Below are positions 56,936 through 64,000 of a stretch of 64,000 nt of DNA, piece by piece. Position 1 is the first letter of the stretch. Every line of letters begins with the position of its first letter. Source of the stretch: Eledone cirrhosa (Eukaryota); the NCBI GenBank assembly GCA_964016885.1, contig OZ024743.1, positions 54,932,001 to 54,996,000 of the forward strand, in the 5' to 3' direction. The translations under genes and the position numbers were made by a program. The notes beneath the pieces are model-generated. The model searched no databases. It saw nothing but the letters and a program-made list of their open reading frames with translations, and was not told the DNA's origin.

Positions 56936-56998
56936 TTGTGTGCGTGCGTGCCTATATATATATATATATTTATTTATTTATTCATATATATTTATATT

Positions 56999-57158
<160 letters not shown>

Positions 57159-58174
57159 GGTGTGTGTGTTGGTGTGTGTGAGTTGGTGTGTGTGTTGGTG
57201 TGTGTGTTGGTGTGTGTGTGTTGACCTCAAATCTAGAAATAGAATAAATTAATAAAACTATTGTAGGTATAAGATGTCAAAGCTGTCTCATCTGCATTCA
57301 CGGATGGCTATGTTGACACAGTGTCTTCTTCATAGGTCGTCCCCTTATGGGCAAAATCTGTTAACAATTACTGCTATCTCAACTAGCTTTCTACCATATC
57401 ATATGATTTATAATATCATTTATGTAAATCATGGCATACATCATATATCTTATATATATCTTATCTTTAAAAACATGACACTGAAATAGGAGATGAGGGT
57501 GGCGTGGTTGTTTTTGTTGTTGCTGTTATTGTTGTTGTGGTTGTTGTTGTTGATGGTAAGTAGTGAGTGTTTAATCTTATGTATGGATGAATATACACAC
57601 GAATGTTTCTAGTATATTAAATATATCAGATTGCATATATATATATGTGTGTGTGTGTCTGTATGTGTGTATGTGTGTATATATGTGTATTTTTCATATA
57701 TGTATATATATATATAGCGGTAACATGTTGGCATATCTATATATAAATATTTACATATGTTTATGTGCATAAGCGTGTATATATATGTACACGTTAAATT
57801 TTTTTTTCTTCGTGTATCATATGTATATATTTTGATATATATATATATATATATGTGTGTGTTATTAAAAAAATCATCATGGATATGTGTAAGTATTTTG
57901 AAGATAGCATACCAAATGCAACTTCTATGGCGTGTAAAACGAGTCGGGTTTCCTGCAGAAGCAGCTGATGAATCTTGCAGCGAGTTCACATCTAGGTTGA
58001 CACGACAATAAGTAAAAAGGTAGAATTCACACACATGAAACATGTAATATGAAGGTGATGTTAGCGGGGAACAACATGGAAGAGGAATATGGAGATAAGT
58101 ATTTGACAACCAACACACACCTATATGTATTTAATCACCACTTACACAGACTTGCATATCAGTATATGCGTGTG

Positions 58175-58223
<49 letters not shown>

Positions 58224-58247
58224 GAAACCCTAATATCACCATAAATA

Positions 58248-58285
<38 letters not shown>

Positions 58286-58347
58286 ATATATGTATGTATA
58301 AATATATACATATATATATATGGGAAACCCTAATATCACCATAAATA

Positions 58348-58387
<40 letters not shown>

Positions 58388-58414
58388 ATATACATGTAGA
58401 GAGAGTTGTGTATG

Positions 58415-58447
<33 letters not shown>

Positions 58448-58697
58448 GTATATCTACAATGACACACACATACATATATATCTATATAAAATCATATATT
58501 TTTGCGTACACAAGCATATATAAAATACATAGAGTAACTGCAACGAATTAGGGGCAGCTTAGATCAACATGAAATGTACGCCTGACAGATTTTCTGAACC
58601 CCTCAGCAAGGTTATTTTTTCTTGAGATGATTTGCAATATAATTATTTGAGTAAGCGTCTGTCTTTCCGCCTTTGTTGACAGAAACATACTTGAAGT

Positions 58698-59832
<1,135 letters not shown>

Positions 59833-61030
59833 GTGTGTGTGTGTCCCCCTCAATCTCTCAATCCATCTCTCTTGCTTTCTCTCTCTCACACTCTCTCCCT
59901 CTCTCTCAATCTATCAATCTCTCAAACCATCCCCCTCGTTTTTCTCTCCTCTCCTCCTCTCTCTTCCCCCTCTCTCTCTCCCTCTCTCTTCTCCCTCTCT
60001 ATCTTTCACTCTCTCAATCCATCTATCTTGCTTTCCTCTCTTCCCTCCCTTTCCCCCTCTCTTTCCCCCTCTTCCCTTCTCTCCTCCTCTCTCTGCCCGC
60101 TCTCTCACCTTCTATCTCCCTCTCTCGCCCACTCTATCCCCCTCTCTTCCCTTTCTATCTCTCACTCTCTCAATCCATCTCTCTTTCTTTCCTCTCTCTC
60201 CCTCTCTCTATCACTCACTGTATACATGGTTATATATGCATGTAACTCAAATCACAGATACATGCACACAACATATTTACATACACATATATACAAACAT
60301 ATGTACATACATACATACATATGCAAACATAACATACATACATACATACATACCCACATATACACATGCATATATAATTGCGTACAAACAAACATAACAT
60401 GCATGCATACAAACACGCGCATATACACACTCACCCACATATACATACACACATATATACTATACACATACATGCATACATACCCAATACATACACACGT
60501 ACTTATATTTACACATACATACTTAGATATTTGCACACACGCATATATATACGCACACATACACCAACGCACACAAGCTTACATACTTGTACACACGCTC
60601 ACATACACAGAAGCATACATAGATAGCACTATATATAAATATATATTAGTATATTACCACAGATGCGGATGTATATATATTTGTGTGTTAGTGTATACAT
60701 CTGTCTGTGATTGATGGTGTGTATATAGGAATAGGTATCATATTATATATACATTAAGATAAAATGAAATGGTGCATGTATTTTTGTCTCAAGCATGTTC
60801 CGTTGTTTAAAAATAATATTTTATGATGTATCATAATCTCTTTGTAAGACATGACATACAGCGAAATATATCAATCTATTTTTCTTATATATCTTCACGA
60901 CAGTCTCTCTGTCTCCTTCATCTTCTTCCTCTCTCCTCCATCTTCTCCCTCTCTCCTTCATCTTCTCCCTCTCTTCTTCATCTTCTCCCTCTCTCCTTCA
61001 TTTTCTCAGTCTCTGTTTCCACTCCACCCT

Positions 61031-61112
<82 letters not shown>

Positions 61113-61155
61113 GGTAGCGCAGATGACATACAGCGAATCAATCAATATTTTTTCT

Positions 61156-61291
<136 letters not shown>

Positions 61292-61320
61292 ACCGTCACT
61301 CTGTCTCCTTGCTCTCCCTC

Positions 61321-61424
<104 letters not shown>

Positions 61425-61436
61425 AGAGTATAACAG

Positions 61437-61522
<86 letters not shown>

Positions 61523-61646
61523 AAGAGAGAGAGAGAGAGAGTGAGAGAGAAGCAGATGAACCTAGACTTTATAATCTCAGTTCATCTGAGCGAGATATTT
61601 AATCTCTGAGAGTGCACAACGACTCAGTAGTTAGTCGGTGCTATGT

Positions 61647-61693
<47 letters not shown>

Positions 61694-61695
61694 GC

Positions 61696-61742
<47 letters not shown>

Positions 61743-62809
61743 GTACGCACATATATGAGTATATACGAATGAGGGTTTGTATTCTATTAGTAAGAAGTGG
61801 ACGGACAGCGCACGTGATCTCCTAAGGCCTTTCTAGACTGTGCCATTGATCTCCGAAGGCCTTTCTAGAAGGTAATATCGATAGACTGTGCTCGTGATCT
61901 CTGAAGGCACTACAAAACAAATGATATTCATGCAGTTGATGTTCAGCCTCAGTTTCTTTAGGTAGAAGAAAAAGAAATAGGGGTAGATGAAAAAAAAATC
62001 TAGTAGGTTTTGAATGATTGGATGTGTTTTATGAGGATCACGAGCAAAGAAAACCAGATGTGTCTGGTTGACATAGGTGAAAGCGATATGCATCTTATTA
62101 ATTCAGAAGAAGTACGTGTTTCATTATAGTGGCGATAGAAAACAACCTGCATACATAATCGTGAGTGTTAACTGCCGCAACATAAACGCCAAGTGATTCC
62201 AAACCAGCACTATCCACGAAATCGACAATTAACCCTGACCCAGGAGATACATACCACACTACACATAAAGTAAAACTAATCATGCCATTCAGATCTATAC
62301 CAGCAAATATTTTCAGAGTATCAAAAACCAAGCCTAATACATTTATTGCTACCGGGGTGACACACGTCTTCAGGTTGAAGCCGTCGTATAACATATATAT
62401 ATATATAAGGTAAAAGTCTGTAGGTTACTTAAATTAAATTTTAAATAGACTTATGCTCGTCGAAACGGAAACTAGAGAATGTTGAGTGAGATAACTAACT
62501 TACCTGGAAGTAAAGGTTGAGAAGTGAATGAGTGGCAGAAGTAATAATGGCTGAATTAATGAATGTTGCGTTTTTATGTATATTTCATCTTATTCGAACT
62601 GGAGTTGGCGATTGGGAGAGGCTGCCTTCTCAAGTATTACGCTGCTCTGGGTGCCTTTGGATGAAGTACTCCGATGATAATATTCTTTCACGCTTTTCCA
62701 TCCATGGCACTGACCTTAGCATGGCTGTGGTCGAGGTGCTCAGTTTTAAGTCCTCCTCGATTTGCGTCGCACATAACTTCTTCGATGTGCTGCGCAGGAT
62801 TCTCTGTAG

Positions 62810-63097
62810 CAGTCATGGGCAACCGGCGGCTCGCGAACCTTTCTGAATAGTTCGCCTAAGTCACCTAAGTGAAATCTTTCTGATTTTTTTATTCAAACTT
62901 TTCAGTCAATTTATCTTTCTATCATTTTTACGACGGAGGAAAACAATGTGTACCAATTCTGAAGAAAGAAATCAAAACAACCTGAGTTACGCCCTTTTTT
63001 TTAATGTGGGCACGAATGTAATTTAGCGCTTGCGGCCCGCCTGGTGATGAGCCGTATCTCATGCGATCCGCTTCTCAAAAAAGGTTGCCCATGCCTG
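62810..63097. mobile_element. hAT-type MITE
   Basis: TIR cagtcatgggcaacc / ggttgcccatgcctg, with 8-bp TSD ctctgtag (62802-62809) / ctctatag (63098-63105). Confidence 0.85.
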
Positions 63098-63109
63098 CTC
63101 TATAGCATT

Positions 63110-63350
63110 GGTCGTTGTCGTGACAAACCTTGGTGTGGTAGTCTTCCGGTTTTCATCCTGCAGACCTGGCCAAAACACTGTAGCCCGCGTTGCTGGATTC
63201 GGTCTTCAATTGTCGACTGCTGTTGGCTTTGTTCTCGGATGTTGTTTGAGATTCACTCACGAGAAAGACATCAAGGATCTTACAAAGACATCACATTTGG
63301 AACACCTCGTGCTTGTTTAGGTTGCGAGGATCTTTTTAGCCAATGATTCT
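63110..63350 (-). mobile_element. RTE-like LINE C-terminal fragment
   Basis: minus-strand remnants CLCKILDV and LQCFGQVCRMKTGRLP. Confidence 0.55.
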
Positions 63351-64000
63351 CAGAAATTCAGGTCAAAATCCTCCTCTTTCCATCCTGTGTTTCCTCAATT
63401 ACATCTTCAATAATTACAGAGTATAGTGGGTCTCAGAGACCTAGATAATCTTCTTGCAAATTCATGTTTCCTCAAATTTGAACTAGTAATTTGTAGTTAG
63501 AGCACAATACTAATACGACTAAAATTTTCCAGCCTCAATAATTGAATAGTCCAGACTCAAGTCACATTCTTCCTCTTTAAAATCCTGGATTTCCTCAATT
63601 TTCACCTGACCCTCATATTAACAAGCGTTGCGCTAACTTTTAAAACATAATTGTTTCTACTTTTGGCACTAGGCCAGCAATTAAATCAGTGCATTACTGG
63701 TACTTTATTTTATCGACCCCGTAAGGATGAAAGGCAAAGTTAACCTCGGTGGGATTTGAACTCAGATCATAAAGGGAGGTAACTCTATGCTTCAAAGCAT
63801 GGCGCCCGACCCTCTACCGATACTGCCAATCCACAAACGATTACCTATATATTCCCAAGCTATTAAGTCTGAATGAGCAGAATTTTGTGAGCAGTTTTTG
63901 TGTGATCTCCCTTGCAGTTGACTTTATTGGTATTCATGTGATTTATACAAAATGTACACTTTTCTTTCCTAGTTTAGATACTTCCCTAATCTCCCATTGG

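Noticed and set aside
62098-62394. 98-aa ORF as a host exon
   Set aside because: No recognisable domain or convincing splice context. It abuts a TA tract and may be a repeat remnant.

Overview
AT-rich, microsatellite-saturated eukaryotic DNA made of (TA)n, (CA)n and (GA)n tracts. The repeat spectrum resembles octopus/cephalopod DNA, which is inference only. No intact host gene is recognisable, and most ORF-track calls are microsatellite artefacts. The interspersed repeats are truncated Penelope-like retroelements (PLEs; RT-thumb plus C-terminal GIY-YIG), degenerate RTE-type LINEs, two groups of tRNA-derived SINEs, mariner/Tc1/hAT MITEs and a Helitron-like element. The main signal is a very high density of type I hammerhead ribozyme (HHR) motifs: about 20 well-formed copies plus several decayed ones, from more than 10 distinct sequence families. 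Nearly all sit in short elements embedded in (TA)n tracts, and many are arranged as fold-back palindromes or as tandem non-coding monomers (471 nt and about 315 nt, retrozyme-like). Several families carry non-canonical cores, either the compensatory U3-A8 pair or U4A. All RNA structures were folded by eye and need computational and biochemical confirmation.
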